From: Betaproteobacteria bacterium
Lineage (GTDB): Bacteria; Pseudomonadota; Gammaproteobacteria; Burkholderiales; CAIKXV01
NCBI GenBank assembly: GCA_021298815.1
Contig: JAJTHE010000006.1
Coordinates: 1,780 to 65,779 of the forward strand
Direction: 5' to 3'
Length of the DNA: 64,000 bases
The position numbers and the translations under genes are program-made. Under the pieces are notes generated by a model. The model was not told where the DNA came from. It saw only the letters and a program-made list of their open reading frames with translations, and did not search any database. Below, in pieces: positions 1-10,639 of this stretch. How positions within the stretch are numbered: the stretch's first letter is position 1; each line of letters begins with the position of its first letter.

Positions 1-1643
1 ATCGGGCCGATGCCCAGCGCGCCCTGGGCCGTGCCCATCGCGGCGAGGTCGATGTCCGGATCGTCGATGCGCTGGCCGATCCAGCGGTTCTCCGGCGGGC
101 GCCCGCGCTTGACCGCGATCGCTTCCTGGTGCCGCTCGTCGTTGAAGTACGATCGGTTGTTGCAGACCACGAACATCGCCGGGATCTTGTAGTGGGTCGC
201 CGTCCAGATCGCGGTGTTGCCCATAAGGAAGTCGCCGTCTCCCATGATGCCCAGCGCGATGCGGCCGCTGCCCTTGATCGCCAGCGCGCCGCCCACGGTG
301 ATGCCGGGCCCTGCGCCCACGCCCGCGCCGCCGTCCACGCCGATGTAGTCGAGCGGATGGCGGAAATGCAGGTAGGAGCCATGCCAGCCCAGTGGCAGCC
401 GGGTGACGCAGAAATCGACGCCCTCCAGGGCAGCGCGCAGCGCATCGCCGACGCCCTGCAGCGTGACGTCACTGGTCGATGCAACCTTGCCCGCCGTGGC
501 CTTGGGCACCGGTACCGTCGACGTGCGCGGCTGCACGGCCTCGAGTAGCAGCGGCACGGCCGCGTCGGGCTCGCACATGAGCAGCAGGTCGACCGGGGGC
601 AGCACGTGGTAGTCCATGCTCCAGCCGCGGTGGTTGTGCTGGTCGCACGACACCTGGATCACCTTGGCACCGACCGGCTTGTCGCCGAACGCCTGCTTGA
701 ATGTACCGCCGAGGTCTAGCCAGTCGAGCGAGAGGATGACGTCGGCGTTAAGCAGCGCCTCGGCCGCCTCGGGTCCGAGCCGGTTGCCGGGCGGTCCGAC
801 ATGCAGTGGATGGTCGGTCGGGAACGACGCGGCGAGCTTGATGTGGCTCACCGATTCCATCTGCAGCTTCTCGGCCAGCGCGACCCTTGCATTCCATCCG
901 TCGACGCTGCGCGACACGCGACCGGCCAGCATCACCGGCCGCTTCGCGCCCGACAGCAGCGCGGCCGCCTGCTTCACCAGCTCGGGCGAAGGATGGACGT
1001 CCTGCGGCGCCGCGAAGCGGTCGAAGTCGGGCATCGGCGGCATCGCCGGGATGCGGTCCTCCTGCAGCGCGACGTCGAGGTTCACGTAGACCGGCCCGCG
1101 CGGCGCGGTCAGCGCGATCTGGCGCGCGCGCAGCAGCGCCTCGACCGCGGCCGGGACCGAAGCCGGCTGGTTGTCCCACTTGGTGAAGTCGCGCACCAGC
1201 GACGCCTGGTCCGCGCAGGTGTGGATCCATTCGATCCAGGGCCGGCGGCGCGCCGCGTCCATCGGGCCGTTGGCGCCTAGGATCAGCACCGGCGTGCGGT
1301 CGCACCAGGCATTGAAGATCGGCATCGACGCATGCATCAGGCCGACGTTCGAATGCAGCGCGGAGGCCATCAGCCGGCCCGAGGCCTTCCAGTAACCCTG
1401 GGCGATGTGCACGGCATGTTCGTCGTGCAGGCAGAGGATCATCTGCGGCGCCCGGTTGCCGAGGTAGTTCACGATGCTGTCGTGGAGGCCGCGGTAGCTC
1501 GCGCCCGGGTTGAGCGCGATGAACGGGATGTCGAGGCGCTTCAGCGTCTCGGCAACCGCATCGCTGCCGAACAGGACGTCGCTGGGCGCGCGCGCCACCG
1601 GCGCATCGTGCACGATAAGGTCGTTGGGTACGGGTTCGTTCAT
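1..1643 (-). CDS. Thiamine-diphosphate-dependent enzyme (acetolactate synthase/decarboxylase superfamily); 3' end runs off the window
   Basis: Translated by hand because the ORF track misses it: MNEPVPND...IALNPGASYRGLHDS...CLHDEHAVHIAQGY...HSNVGLMHA, with the ThDP motif GIMGDGDFLMG near 230-250. Confidence 0.85.
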   Translation of the reverse strand, partial: MNEPVPNDLIVHDAPVARAPSDVLFGSDAVAETLKRLDIPFIALNPGASYRGLHDSIVNYLGNRAPQMILCLHDEHAVHIAQGYWKASGRLMASALHSNVGLMHASMPIFNAWCDRTPVLILGANGPMDAARRRPWIEWIHTCADQASLVRDFTKWDNQPASVPAAVEALLRARQIALTAPRGPVYVNLDVALQEDRIPAMPPMPDFDRFAAPQDVHPSPELVKQAAALLSGAKRPVMLAGRVSRSVDGWNARVALAEKLQMESVSHIKLAASFPTDHPLHVGPPGNRLGPEAAEALLNADVILSLDWLDLGGTFKQAFGDKPVGAKVIQVSCDQHNHRGWSMDYHVLPPVDLLLMCEPDAAVPLLLEAVQPRTSTVPVPKATAGKVASTSDVTLQGVGDALRAALEGVDFCVTRLPLGWHGSYLHFRHPLDYIGVDGGAGVGAGPGITVGGALAIKGSGRIALGIMGDGDFLMGNTAIWTATHYKIPAMFVVCNNRSYFNDERHQEAIAVKRGRPPENRWIGQRIDDPDIDLAAMGTAQGALGIGP

Positions 1644-1709
1644 CTGGGACGGGCCTCGGCTGTTGATCGGGTCTGCTATCCTGCGAAAGCTTCCGGAGGA
1701 GGATGCCAG

Positions 1710-2687
1710 ATGATACCGATCATTCGAGCCGCTGCAGCGGTCGCGGTCGCCACGCTTTGTTCCGCCGCCGCGCTGCCGTCCGCCGCCCAGCCGTTCCCGT
1801 CGCGCCCCGCGCGCATCATTGTCCCGTTCCCTCCGGGGCAGGCTGCCGACACCTTCGCCAGGCTCGCCGCCGAGCGACTGTCGGCCACCTGGGGACAGAC
1901 GGTGGTGGTCGAGAACCGCGCAGGCGGAGCCGGCATGATCGGCGCCGAGGCGGCCGCCCGCGCGAAGCCGGACGGCTACACGGTGCTGATGGGATCGGCC
2001 GGGCCGATCTCGATCAATCCGCATGTGTTCTCGAAGTTGCCGTACGACGCGCAGAAGGACTTCGTGCCGCTGGCCCAGGTGGTCGCCCTTCCGCTGGTGA
2101 TCGTCGCGCATCCGAGCCTGCCGGTGCGTTCGGTGAAGGAACTGCTGGCGCTCGCCCGCTCCCGGCCGGGACAGTTGCAGTATGCGTCGGCCGGGCCGGC
2201 CACCTCGCAGCACCTGGCAGGGGAACTGTTCGCCAGCACCGGCGGCGTGAAGATGGTGCACGTTCCCTACAAGGGCAGCGGCCCCGCGCTGCAGGACCTG
2301 CTCGGCGGTCACGTGACGCTGATGGTCGACAGCCTCACCTCCGCGCTGCCTTCGATACAGTCGGGGAGGCTGCGCGCGATCGGGGTGACGACGCGCGAGC
2401 GGGTGCCCGCCGCCCCCTCGATACCGGCGATCGGCGAACAGCTCCCGGGGTACGAGGCGGTCGGCTGGATCGGCGCACTGGGCGTCGCCGGTACCCCGCC
2501 CGATGTCGTCGCGCGCTGGAGCAACGACCTCGCCGCGCTGGTGAAGGAACCGGCCATGCGCGAGCGCATCGTCGCCCAGGCCGCGGTCCCGGCGACCCTC
2601 GCCGGCCCCGCGTTCGGCGCCTTCCTCGCCCAGCAGCATGAGCTCTGGGGCAAGGTGGTGCGCCTGTCGGGAACGCAGCTGGACTGA
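1710..2687 (+). CDS. Bug/TctC tripartite tricarboxylate transporter substrate-binding protein
   Basis: Signal peptide; FPSRPARIIVPFPPG, ENRAGGAG, PDGYT, HVPYKGSGPA motifs. Confidence 0.92.
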   Translation: MIPIIRAAAAVAVATLCSAAALPSAAQPFPSRPARIIVPFPPGQAADTFARLAAERLSATWGQTVVVENRAGGAGMIGAEAAARAKPDGYTVLMGSAGPISINPHVFSKLPYDAQKDFVPLAQVVALPLVIVAHPSLPVRSVKELLALARSRPGQLQYASAGPATSQHLAGELFASTGGVKMVHVPYKGSGPALQDLLGGHVTLMVDSLTSALPSIQSGRLRAIGVTTRERVPAAPSIPAIGEQLPGYEAVGWIGALGVAGTPPDVVARWSNDLAALVKEPAMRERIVAQAAVPATLAGPAFGAFLAQQHELWGKVVRLSGTQLD

Positions 2688-2753
2688 TACCCTCCGGTCG
2701 GCAGCAGCCGATGAAGCACAATCGAACAACCGCAGAACCGCACGAGGAACGAC

Positions 2754-3557
2754 ATGGACTTAGGCATCGCTGGCGAACACGCGCTGGTGGTCGGCGGATC
2801 CGAAGGCATCGGCTTCGCATCGGCGCGCGCGCTGCTGGACAACGGCGCCAAGGTGACCCTGGTATCGCGCAATCCCGAGAAGCTCGCGCGCGCGGCGGAC
2901 CAGCTCGAGACCGCCGTCGGCCGGCCGGTACGCCATTTCGCCGCCGACATCACGCAGGCCTACGACGTGGCCAAGCTCACCGACTGGCTGCGCTCGGACG
3001 ACAGCGACGGCGGGCCGCGGCTGGACATCCTGGTGTCCGCGGTCGGCGGCAGCCAGCGGGCGCTGTTCGAGGAACTCACCGACGACGCCTGGCTCGCAAA
3101 CTACGAGTTCAACGTGCTGTCCGCGGTGCGTGCGATCCGGCTGGCGCTCCCTATGCTCAAGGAAGCGGGTACCGGCAGCATCGTGCTGCTCGGTGCCGCG
3201 GGCGCGCGGATGCCCTATGAACACCAGGTCGTGTCCAACGTCCACAAGGCCGGGTTGATCGCACTCACCAAGACGCTCGCCGCGGAGCTGTCCCGCTTCG
3301 GCATCCGCGTGAACTCGGTGTCGCCGGGCCGCACCCGCACCGCGCTGTGGGCGAAGCGCGCGGCACAGCTTGCGGCCGAACGCGGCGTGGACGAGGAAAC
3401 GGTGATCAGCGAGTTCGCGCGCGACATCCCGCTGCGCCGGTTCGGCCGTCCCGACGAGATCGCCGGCATGGTCGCGTTCCTCGCCTCGCACCAGGCAAGC
3501 TACATCACCGGGCAGTCGATACTGGTGGACGGCGGCATCGCGCGCGGCCTGCTCTGA
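2754..3557 (+). CDS. SDR family oxidoreductase
   Basis: VVGGSEGIG Rossmann motif, NSVSPG, YITGQSILVDGG; catalytic YxxxK appears as SNVHK. Confidence 0.9.
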   Translation: MDLGIAGEHALVVGGSEGIGFASARALLDNGAKVTLVSRNPEKLARAADQLETAVGRPVRHFAADITQAYDVAKLTDWLRSDDSDGGPRLDILVSAVGGSQRALFEELTDDAWLANYEFNVLSAVRAIRLALPMLKEAGTGSIVLLGAAGARMPYEHQVVSNVHKAGLIALTKTLAAELSRFGIRVNSVSPGRTRTALWAKRAAQLAAERGVDEETVISEFARDIPLRRFGRPDEIAGMVAFLASHQASYITGQSILVDGGIARGLL

Positions 3558-3574
3558 CCATCGACGGGCCGGCG

Positions 3575-5203
3575 ATGCGCAGGGCCGCCGTCCGCATCGG
3601 CGTCGGGCTGTACGCGCTGCTGGCCCTGCTGGTGGCTGGCAGTGCACTGCGCACGCTGGCCTCTGCGAGCCACGGACTGGTCGTGGCCCACGGCAGCGTG
3701 GACGCGATCCCGGTGACCGTGTTCCGGCCGGCGCACGGCACCGGCGGTCCCCTGCCCGTGGTGGTCATCGCGCATGGCTTCGCAGGTTCGCAGCAGTTGA
3801 TGCAGGCGTTCGCCACGACGCTCGCGCGCAACGGCATGATCGCGGTCACCTTCGACTTTCCCGGCCATGGCAGGCATCCGCAGCCCCTGCCGGGTAGCCT
3901 GCAGGAACACGAGGCCCTGCTCACGGCGCTGCTCGGCGCGCTCGACCGCGTCGTGGGGTTCGCGCGCGTGCTGCCCGGCAGCGACGGACGGGTTGCACTG
4001 CTCGGGCACTCGATGGCGTCCGACCTGGTGGTGCGGCAGGCACAGGCCGACCCGGCGATCGTCGCCACCGTCGGCGTGTCGCTCGTCTACGGCGGCGCAC
4101 GCATGGTCGCACCGCGCAACCTGCTGTCGATCTACGGTTCCATCGAACCCGACATGGTGCAGTCGTTCGGCCGCCGCCTCGTCGCCGGCACGGACGCTGT
4201 CGGGGAAGCGGCCGCCGTGGTGCCCGGCCGCACCTACGGCCGCTTCGACGACGGCAGCGCGCGGCGCTTCGTGCTCGCCGCAGGCGCCGAGCATATCGGC
4301 GTGCTGTACCACTCGACCAGCCAGCGCGAGTCGCTCGACTGGATGCTGCAGGCGTTCGGCCGCGGCGGTGCCGGCGTGCCGAAAGCGTCGCAGGCGCCGG
4401 CATTCATCGATGCCCGCGGGCCGGCGATCGCCGGAATGCTCGCCGGCACGGTGATGCTGGCCTGGCCCCTGTCGATGGTACTCGGCCGCCTGGTGCCCGG
4501 CCGACCGCATGCCCCATCGCTGCGCGCGGCATCCCGCGCCCGCTCGACGTCGGGCGTGCCGTACCGGCGCGACTGGCTGTGGTTGACGGTCGGTCCGGCC
4601 CTGGCCACGCCGCTGCTGCTGCGGCTCGTCCCGTCCCATTTCCTGCCGATCCTGCTCGGCGACTACCTGCTCCTCCATTTCGCGCTGTACGGCATGCTCA
4701 CCGCCGGTGGCGCAGCGTGGCTTGCCTTGCGCGGCCGCCTGGAAATGCCGGCGCCCACCCTGCCTTCGCCGGCCTGCGCAGCCGCCACGCTGGCCGTGGT
4801 GGCCTGGTCGACGCTGGCGATCGGCCTCGGCGTCGACCGCTACGTGTTCAACCTGTGGCCGGCGGACGGACGCGGTCCGTTGATCGCCGCGCTGCTGGTC
4901 GGAACCCTCGCCTGGGCAGCCGCCGACGAGTGGCTGTCGCGCCATCCGCAGGCACCGCGCTTCGCCTATCCGGCCACCAAGGCGCTGTTCATCGCCTCGC
5001 TCGTGCTGGCGGTGATGCTCGACCTGTCGCGCCTGTTCTTCCTGGTCATCATCATCCCGGCCATCCTCGTGATGTTCATCGCCTACGGCCTGCTCAGCCG
5101 CTGGAGCTTCCGCGCCACCGGCAGCCCGTGGCCGGGGGCGCTTGCCACGGCCTGCGCGTTCGCATGGGGGATCGCGGTGACCTTTCCCGCGATCAGCCGC
5201 TGA
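3575..5203 (+). CDS. Alpha/beta hydrolase fused to a C-terminal multi-pass membrane domain
   Basis: HGFAGS, FDFPGHG, nucleophile elbow GHSMA, EHIGVLY; several hydrophobic helices at the C-terminus. Confidence 0.8.
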   Translation: MRRAAVRIGVGLYALLALLVAGSALRTLASASHGLVVAHGSVDAIPVTVFRPAHGTGGPLPVVVIAHGFAGSQQLMQAFATTLARNGMIAVTFDFPGHGRHPQPLPGSLQEHEALLTALLGALDRVVGFARVLPGSDGRVALLGHSMASDLVVRQAQADPAIVATVGVSLVYGGARMVAPRNLLSIYGSIEPDMVQSFGRRLVAGTDAVGEAAAVVPGRTYGRFDDGSARRFVLAAGAEHIGVLYHSTSQRESLDWMLQAFGRGGAGVPKASQAPAFIDARGPAIAGMLAGTVMLAWPLSMVLGRLVPGRPHAPSLRAASRARSTSGVPYRRDWLWLTVGPALATPLLLRLVPSHFLPILLGDYLLLHFALYGMLTAGGAAWLALRGRLEMPAPTLPSPACAAATLAVVAWSTLAIGLGVDRYVFNLWPADGRGPLIAALLVGTLAWAAADEWLSRHPQAPRFAYPATKALFIASLVLAVMLDLSRLFFLVIIIPAILVMFIAYGLLSRWSFRATGSPWPGALATACAFAWGIAVTFPAISR

Positions 5204-5233
5204 CCGTCCACGCCGCCAGGCCGGCCCTGCCGG

Positions 5234-6310
5234 TCAGGGCGTCGCCGAAGCAGGCCGCGCCGGCAACTGCCGGGTCAGCTTGAGGATGACCGCGGGCGAG
5301 TCGAACACTTCCTGCGGGATGGGCTTCGCCCTGCCGCTGCGGCCCTGCATGTCGTCCAGGCGGTACTCCAGCGGCAGGCCACCGGGCGCCGGTGTGGCGA
5401 GCAGCAGCGGCACCGAGCGCAACGTCTGGCCGGTATCGAGCGACAGGTAGTGCACTTCGTACTCGCCGGACGGAAAGGCCGCCAGCAACAGCCGCTCGCG
5501 CGCACGCACGAACACATGGCGCCCTGGCACCAGGCCGTCGTCGCTCACGCGGTAGACCTTGGCGAACACGTCCGACGGCCCGAGCCGGTTGTCCAGCAGC
5601 AGTCCGAGTTCCCCGTCGGCGAAGTTGCGCGCGTAGCCGGGCAGTTCGCCGGAGGCCGACGGCCAGGGCAGCCCCATCGGCGATTCGAGCGGACGGATAT
5701 GCACGGCATCCGGTCCTTCCGCCGCAGTCCGTGCAGCCGGCCCGGCGGAACCGATTCCATCCCGGGCGCCGCCCGGGGGTGCTGCACGCTGTACCCGCGC
5801 ATCGATGATGCGCGCAAGGTCGGGTTCGTCCTGCGCCTCTGCGGGCGCGAACAGGACCCACAGGATGACCAGCACCCCCGCCATGCAGGACAGCAGCGAC
5901 AGTGCCATCAGCCTGCGCACGGCCGTCGCCCGTCGCCGCAGCGCGGCATCGATCGACAGCGCGCCAGCTGCCCCGAAGGTGGTGGCCGCATCCGACCCGC
6001 GCCCCCCCTGCGCCATGTACGGATGGCGCACCGCGCGGGGCCTGGGCCAGGGCCGCATCGGCGCGCGCGGCGCCCCGACGCCGATCTCGCGGTCGTAGCG
6101 CGAACGCCGCTCGGGATCGGACAGCACGTCGTAGGCGACATTGATCGACGCCATGATCCGGGCCGCCGCATCCGGATGCTTCGGATGCCGGTCGGGATGA
6201 TAGCGGCGCGACAGGATGCGATAGGCCGCCCGCAGGTCGTCGGCCGATACGTCGGCTTCGACCTTCAGGATCTCGTAGTGCGTCTTCGGCCGGGTCGGGC
6301 TGTCGTTCAT
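5234..6310 (-). CDS. J-domain (DnaJ-like) membrane protein
   Basis: THYEILKV...YHPDRH...INVAYDVLSDPERRSRYD, then one TM helix and a soluble C-terminal domain. Confidence 0.85.
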   Translation of the reverse strand: MNDSPTRPKTHYEILKVEADVSADDLRAAYRILSRRYHPDRHPKHPDAAARIMASINVAYDVLSDPERRSRYDREIGVGAPRAPMRPWPRPRAVRHPYMAQGGRGSDAATTFGAAGALSIDAALRRRATAVRRLMALSLLSCMAGVLVILWVLFAPAEAQDEPDLARIIDARVQRAAPPGGARDGIGSAGPAARTAAEGPDAVHIRPLESPMGLPWPSASGELPGYARNFADGELGLLLDNRLGPSDVFAKVYRVSDDGLVPGRHVFVRARERLLLAAFPSGEYEVHYLSLDTGQTLRSVPLLLATPAPGGLPLEYRLDDMQGRSGRAKPIPQEVFDSPAVILKLTRQLPARPASATP

Positions 6311-6400
6311 CCGGTAATCTAACTGCCGGCAGTGCGTCCGGCACAGGAGCTTTGTCGCGCTGCGGGCGTGGCACCGAAGGCGCCAGGCCGGCCGCCGGGG

Positions 6401-8029
6401 TCAGAAGTGGCGGGCCGCCGTGACCGGCTGTATCGACGGATCGAACCGCAGTTCTAGCAACGTCGGCCCGGGAACGCGGCCCGCAGTGCGATGCAGGAAG
6501 CGCTCGAGTTGCACCTCGGAATCGCAACGTTCGAACGCCAGCCCGTGGAGTGTAGCGAGGCCGCTGAAATCGAGCACCGGCGGCTCGAGCGTGAACAGGC
6601 CGATCGGACCGCCGGCCAGTCGGCTGGCGGCCTCGTTGAGAGTGGCATAGCGGCGGTTGGACAGGACCACCACCAGCAGGCAGGCCCCGCGATTGGCTGC
6701 CGTCCACAGCGCCTCCGACGCGTACAGCGCGGAACCGTCGCCCACCACGGCCAGGACCTGCCGCCCGGGACAGGCGACCGCGCCGCCCACCGCCGCGGCC
6801 AGCGCCCAGCCGATGCCGCCGCTGCCGTTGATCAGGTACTCGCCGGCCTGCGCATCGATGAACTGGCGTACGTCGGACGTCGACAGTCCCGCCTCGTCGA
6901 ACACGATCGCCCCGTGGAACGCCCGCAGCAGCGCGGCGACCGCGCGCGACGGATGGAACACCCCGTCCACCGCCGCCGGCAGTTCGACCGCCGGCAACCG
7001 GCGCGACGGAGCCGGCCGGCCAGCGCCGGTGCCAGCCGTCCCGCCGTCGCCCAGCAGCCGATGCAGGGCACCAAGCGATGCATCGAGGTCGGCCACCCGG
7101 GCGAGCTCGAACTCGCCGCCGGCGGCCAGCACGGCGGGGTCATGGCCGATCCACGCCTTGCGTTGCGGCAGGTCGGCCTCCGAATGCAGCGTCGTGCGGA
7201 AGTTGCGGAAGCCGACGAACAGGAGCGCATCGAACGAGCGCAGCCGTTCGCCAATCGCCACGAACCCTGGCGACAGGTATCCCGCATGGCTGTCCGAGGC
7301 GGTGTCGATCGGCAGCATCCCCGTGTAGGGCGCGCTGAACACCGGCGACCCGAGCGCCTCGGCGAGGCGGCGCAGCGCCCCCGACGCGCCCGCCCAGTGC
7401 ACGTCCTCGCCAGCCACCAGCGCCGGTGCCTGCGCAGCGCGCAGGAAAGCGGCGAACGCGGCAGCATCGCCGGCGTCGAGCCCGGACAGGCGAGCGGGCC
7501 GCACGGCGACCGGGACCGTATCGATGCCGGACTCCAGCAGGTCGGGCGGGCAGATCAGCGCCACCGGACCGGTGGGCGGCGTCAGCGCGGTGCGGATGGC
7601 CTGGTCCACCAGGAAGGCGACGTCCCCGGTGCCGGCCAGCGTGTACACCGCCTTCACCACTGGCCGAACCATGCGCTCGAGCGGGCCGTGCAGGATCGGA
7701 CCGGTGTGCAGGAAGCGGCGATCCTGGGCGCCGACCAGCACCAGCAGCGGCGACTTCGCGATGCCCGCGGTGTAGAGGTTGCCCATGCCGTTGCCCAGTC
7801 CGGGCGCCACATGGAGGTTCACCACGCCGAGGCCGCGTCCCAGCCGGGCCTGCGCGTCGGCCATCGGCACCGCCGAGACCTCGGACAATGCCACCACGTA
7901 CGACAGGCCGGACGGCCCGCGGTCGCGGCAGGCGCGCACCAGCGGGATCTCGGTGGTGCCCGGGTTGCCGAACACGTGCCGCACCCCGTTCGCTTCCAGC
8001 GACTGCAGCAGGAACTCCGCGACGTTCAT
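6401..8029 (-). CDS. ThDP-dependent benzoylformate-decarboxylase-like enzyme
   Basis: HVFGNPGTTEIP, NLHVAPGLGN, GGIGW, VGDGSALY...N; start taken at MNVAEFLL. Confidence 0.85.
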   Translation of the reverse strand: MNVAEFLLQSLEANGVRHVFGNPGTTEIPLVRACRDRGPSGLSYVVALSEVSAVPMADAQARLGRGLGVVNLHVAPGLGNGMGNLYTAGIAKSPLLVLVGAQDRRFLHTGPILHGPLERMVRPVVKAVYTLAGTGDVAFLVDQAIRTALTPPTGPVALICPPDLLESGIDTVPVAVRPARLSGLDAGDAAAFAAFLRAAQAPALVAGEDVHWAGASGALRRLAEALGSPVFSAPYTGMLPIDTASDSHAGYLSPGFVAIGERLRSFDALLFVGFRNFRTTLHSEADLPQRKAWIGHDPAVLAAGGEFELARVADLDASLGALHRLLGDGGTAGTGAGRPAPSRRLPAVELPAAVDGVFHPSRAVAALLRAFHGAIVFDEAGLSTSDVRQFIDAQAGEYLINGSGGIGWALAAAVGGAVACPGRQVLAVVGDGSALYASEALWTAANRGACLLVVVLSNRRYATLNEAASRLAGGPIGLFTLEPPVLDFSGLATLHGLAFERCDSEVQLERFLHRTAGRVPGPTLLELRFDPSIQPVTAARHF

Positions 8030-8070
8030 CCCCGACCTCGCGCGGTCGCGCGTCGATGGCAGGCACCGGC

Positions 8071-8097
8071 TCAAGTTGCCGGCGGCCAGCCCGTTAA
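8071..8097 (+). promoter_or_regulatory. Putative sigma28 (FliA) promoter
   Basis: TCAAG-N14-CCCGTTAA (consensus TCAAG-N14-GCCGATAA) upstream of the chemoreceptor remnant. Confidence 0.6.
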
Positions 8098-8159
8098 TGC
8101 TGGTGGCACCCAGAGAACGTGCCACGCCCACTGCCCTTCTCCCGCAACGGAGCACCCGC

Positions 8160-9096
8160 ATGACCCTGCGATCCCAGGTCGCCGCCGGCTTTTCCGCGCT
8201 GCTCATTGTATCGCTCACTGCGTTCGCTGCCCTCTACTGATCGATCGACCGGGTGCAGCAGTCGATGGACGAGATCACAGGCACCCGGATACCGATGGTC
8301 GACGCGGCGAACGACATCATCAAGTCGATGTCGAGCAACTACATCGTCACCGCCAACCTGATCGGCCTCGGCGACGGCAGACAGGACGACACGTTCCGCG
8401 CCGAGATGAAGGCCACCTCGACGACCGTCACCGAACGGTTCGGCACGCTCGAAGCGGGTACCGTCGACGACCGGGACAAGGCCCTGCTCGCAACCACCCT
8501 AGCCGCGCGCAAGGCCTGCACCGACAGCCGCGCCGTCGCGCTGGAGAAGGCCGCGAAGGGCGACGCGGAAGGCGCGCCACATCTCCACCGTGGTCAGCAC
8601 GATCCGCGACATCGCCGAGCAGACCAATCTGCTGTCGCTCAATGCGGCGATCCAGGCAGCCTGCGCAGGCGAAGCCGGCCGCGGCTTCGCAGTCGTCGCG
8701 GACGAGGTGGGTGCGCTCGCCGAACGCACTTCGCGCTCGACCTCCGAGATCTCGGCTGTCGTCGAGAAGATCCAGCTTGTCGCGCGCGACACGCAGGAGA
8801 AGATGGGGATGGTGGTCACCCAGGTCCATGCGGAAGAGAAGCGATCGGCGGAGCTGAGCAGCGCGATCGAGGGCATCTCCTCCGCCGTGGCACGCGTATC
8901 CGACGCGGTGGCCGAAATGAGCGGCTCGCTGGGCGAGCAGTCGATCGCCTACAACGCCATCGCGGCCAAGGTCGAGGAGATCGCCCAGATGAACGAACGC
9001 AGCAGCAGCACGGCGCGCCTGCTCTCCGCGCCGTCGCACGCACTGGACGAACTGCCCGGGCGGCTCGACCGTTCGAGCGCCGCGTTCTCGCTCTGA
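8160..9096 (+). pseudogene. Methyl-accepting chemotaxis protein, disrupted
   Basis: MTLRSQVAAGFSALLIV TM start, in-frame TGA at 8238-8240, 4-helix sensor-like segment, then a frame change near 8580 into [33 protein letters not shown]; TM2/HAMP region missing. Confidence 0.85.
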
Positions 9097-9103
9097 CCCG
9101 CGC

Positions 9104-10603
9104 TCAGCGCATCACGAACGGATTGGGCACTTCCTTCGCGGTGGAGATCCAGACGCTCTTGGTCTGCAGGTACTCGTGGATCATGTCCTGGCCGTTCTCG
9201 CGTCCCAGTCCACTGCGCTTGTAGCCGCCGAACGGCGACAGGTAGGACACCGCGCGGTAGGTGTTCACCCAGACCGTGCCGGCGCGCAGGCGCTCGCTCA
9301 TCGACAGCGCACGCCGGATGTCCTGCGTCCAGACGCCCGCCGCCAGGCCGAACTGCACGTCGTTGGCGATCTCGACCGCATGTTCCTCGTCGTCGAACGG
9401 GATCACCGACAGCACCGGCCCGAACACCTCTTCCTGCGCGATGCGCATCGCGTTCTTCACGCCCACGAAGATGGTCGGCTCGACGAACCAGCCCTCGCCG
9501 CATTCCGGGCGGATTGCCTTCGCGCCACCGAGCACCGGGATCGCCCCCTCGCCGCGCGCGATATCGATGTACTCGAGGATCTTGCGGAACTGGGGCTGGT
9601 TGGTGACCGGCCCGACCTGGGTGTCGAGGTCCATCGGGTTGCCCATGCGCGCGGTCTGCGCGAACGCGACCAGGCGCTCGACGAACTCGTCATGGATCGA
9701 CCGCTGTACCAGCAGCCGCGAGCCGGCGATGCAGGTCTGCCCGGTAGCCGCGAAGATGCCGGCGATGACGCCCTTCACCGCGTTGTCGAGCTCGGCGTCG
9801 TCGAACACGATGTTCGGCGACTTGCCGCCGAGTTCCATGCTGACCCGCTTGAGCCCCTTGGCCGCGCTCTGGTAGATGAGTTGGCCGGTGCGGTCGGAAC
9901 CGGTGAAAGCGACCTTGGCCACCTTCGGATGCTCGGTCAGCGGCGTACCGACGTCCGGGCCGAAGCCGGTCACCACGTTGACCACGCCGGGCGGGAAACC
10001 GGACTGTTCGACCAGCTTGACGAATTCAAGGATAGATGCCGAGGTGTACTCGGACGGCTTGATCACCACCGTGTTGCCGGCGGCCAGCGCCGGCGCGAGC
10101 TTCCAGGCCGTGAGCAGCAGCGGCGAGTTCCAGGGCACGATCGCTGCGACCACGCCGAGCGGTTCGTGCCGGGTGAAGTTCAGCACGTCGGCCTTGTCGG
10201 TCGGGATCACCGCCCCTTCGATCTTGTCCGCGAGGCCACCGTAGTAGCGGTACCAGTTGGCCATGTAGGCCGTCTGCCCGGCCATCTCGGACAGCAGCTT
10301 GCCATTGTCGCGCACCTCGATGCCGGCCAGCCGCGGCGCTTCCGGCCCGATCAGGTCTGCCAGCTTCAGCAGCAGCGCGCCGCGCTGCGACGCATTGAGC
10401 TTCGGCCACGGACCGCTGGTGAATGCCCGGTGCGCCGCCTCGACCGCCTGGTCGACGTCGCGCGCATCGCCCTGCGCGACTATCGCCCACGGCTTCGCGG
10501 TGAACGGGTTGAAGGTCTCGAAGTACCGGTCGCTGGCCGGCGCCACCGACCGGCCGTCGATGTAATGGCGGTAGACCTTGAGTGTTTCCCCGCTGGTGTC
10601 CAT
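9104..10603 (-). CDS. NAD(P)-dependent aldehyde dehydrogenase
   Basis: PWNSP, FTGS, MELGGKSP, GQTCIAGSR, EEVFGP. Confidence 0.95.
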   Translation of the reverse strand: MDTSGETLKVYRHYIDGRSVAPASDRYFETFNPFTAKPWAIVAQGDARDVDQAVEAAHRAFTSGPWPKLNASQRGALLLKLADLIGPEAPRLAGIEVRDNGKLLSEMAGQTAYMANWYRYYGGLADKIEGAVIPTDKADVLNFTRHEPLGVVAAIVPWNSPLLLTAWKLAPALAAGNTVVIKPSEYTSASILEFVKLVEQSGFPPGVVNVVTGFGPDVGTPLTEHPKVAKVAFTGSDRTGQLIYQSAAKGLKRVSMELGGKSPNIVFDDAELDNAVKGVIAGIFAATGQTCIAGSRLLVQRSIHDEFVERLVAFAQTARMGNPMDLDTQVGPVTNQPQFRKILEYIDIARGEGAIPVLGGAKAIRPECGEGWFVEPTIFVGVKNAMRIAQEEVFGPVLSVIPFDDEEHAVEIANDVQFGLAAGVWTQDIRRALSMSERLRAGTVWVNTYRAVSYLSPFGGYKRSGLGRENGQDMIHEYLQTKSVWISTAKEVPNPFVMR

Positions 10604-10639
10604 CGGCTGCCTTCCGCGCTGGCGGTGGGTTACGGAGGT

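Noticed and set aside
8238-8240. In-frame TGA as selenocysteine or readthrough
   Set aside because: It sits at the end of an MCP TM helix and the gene has further lesions, so decay is the simpler reading.
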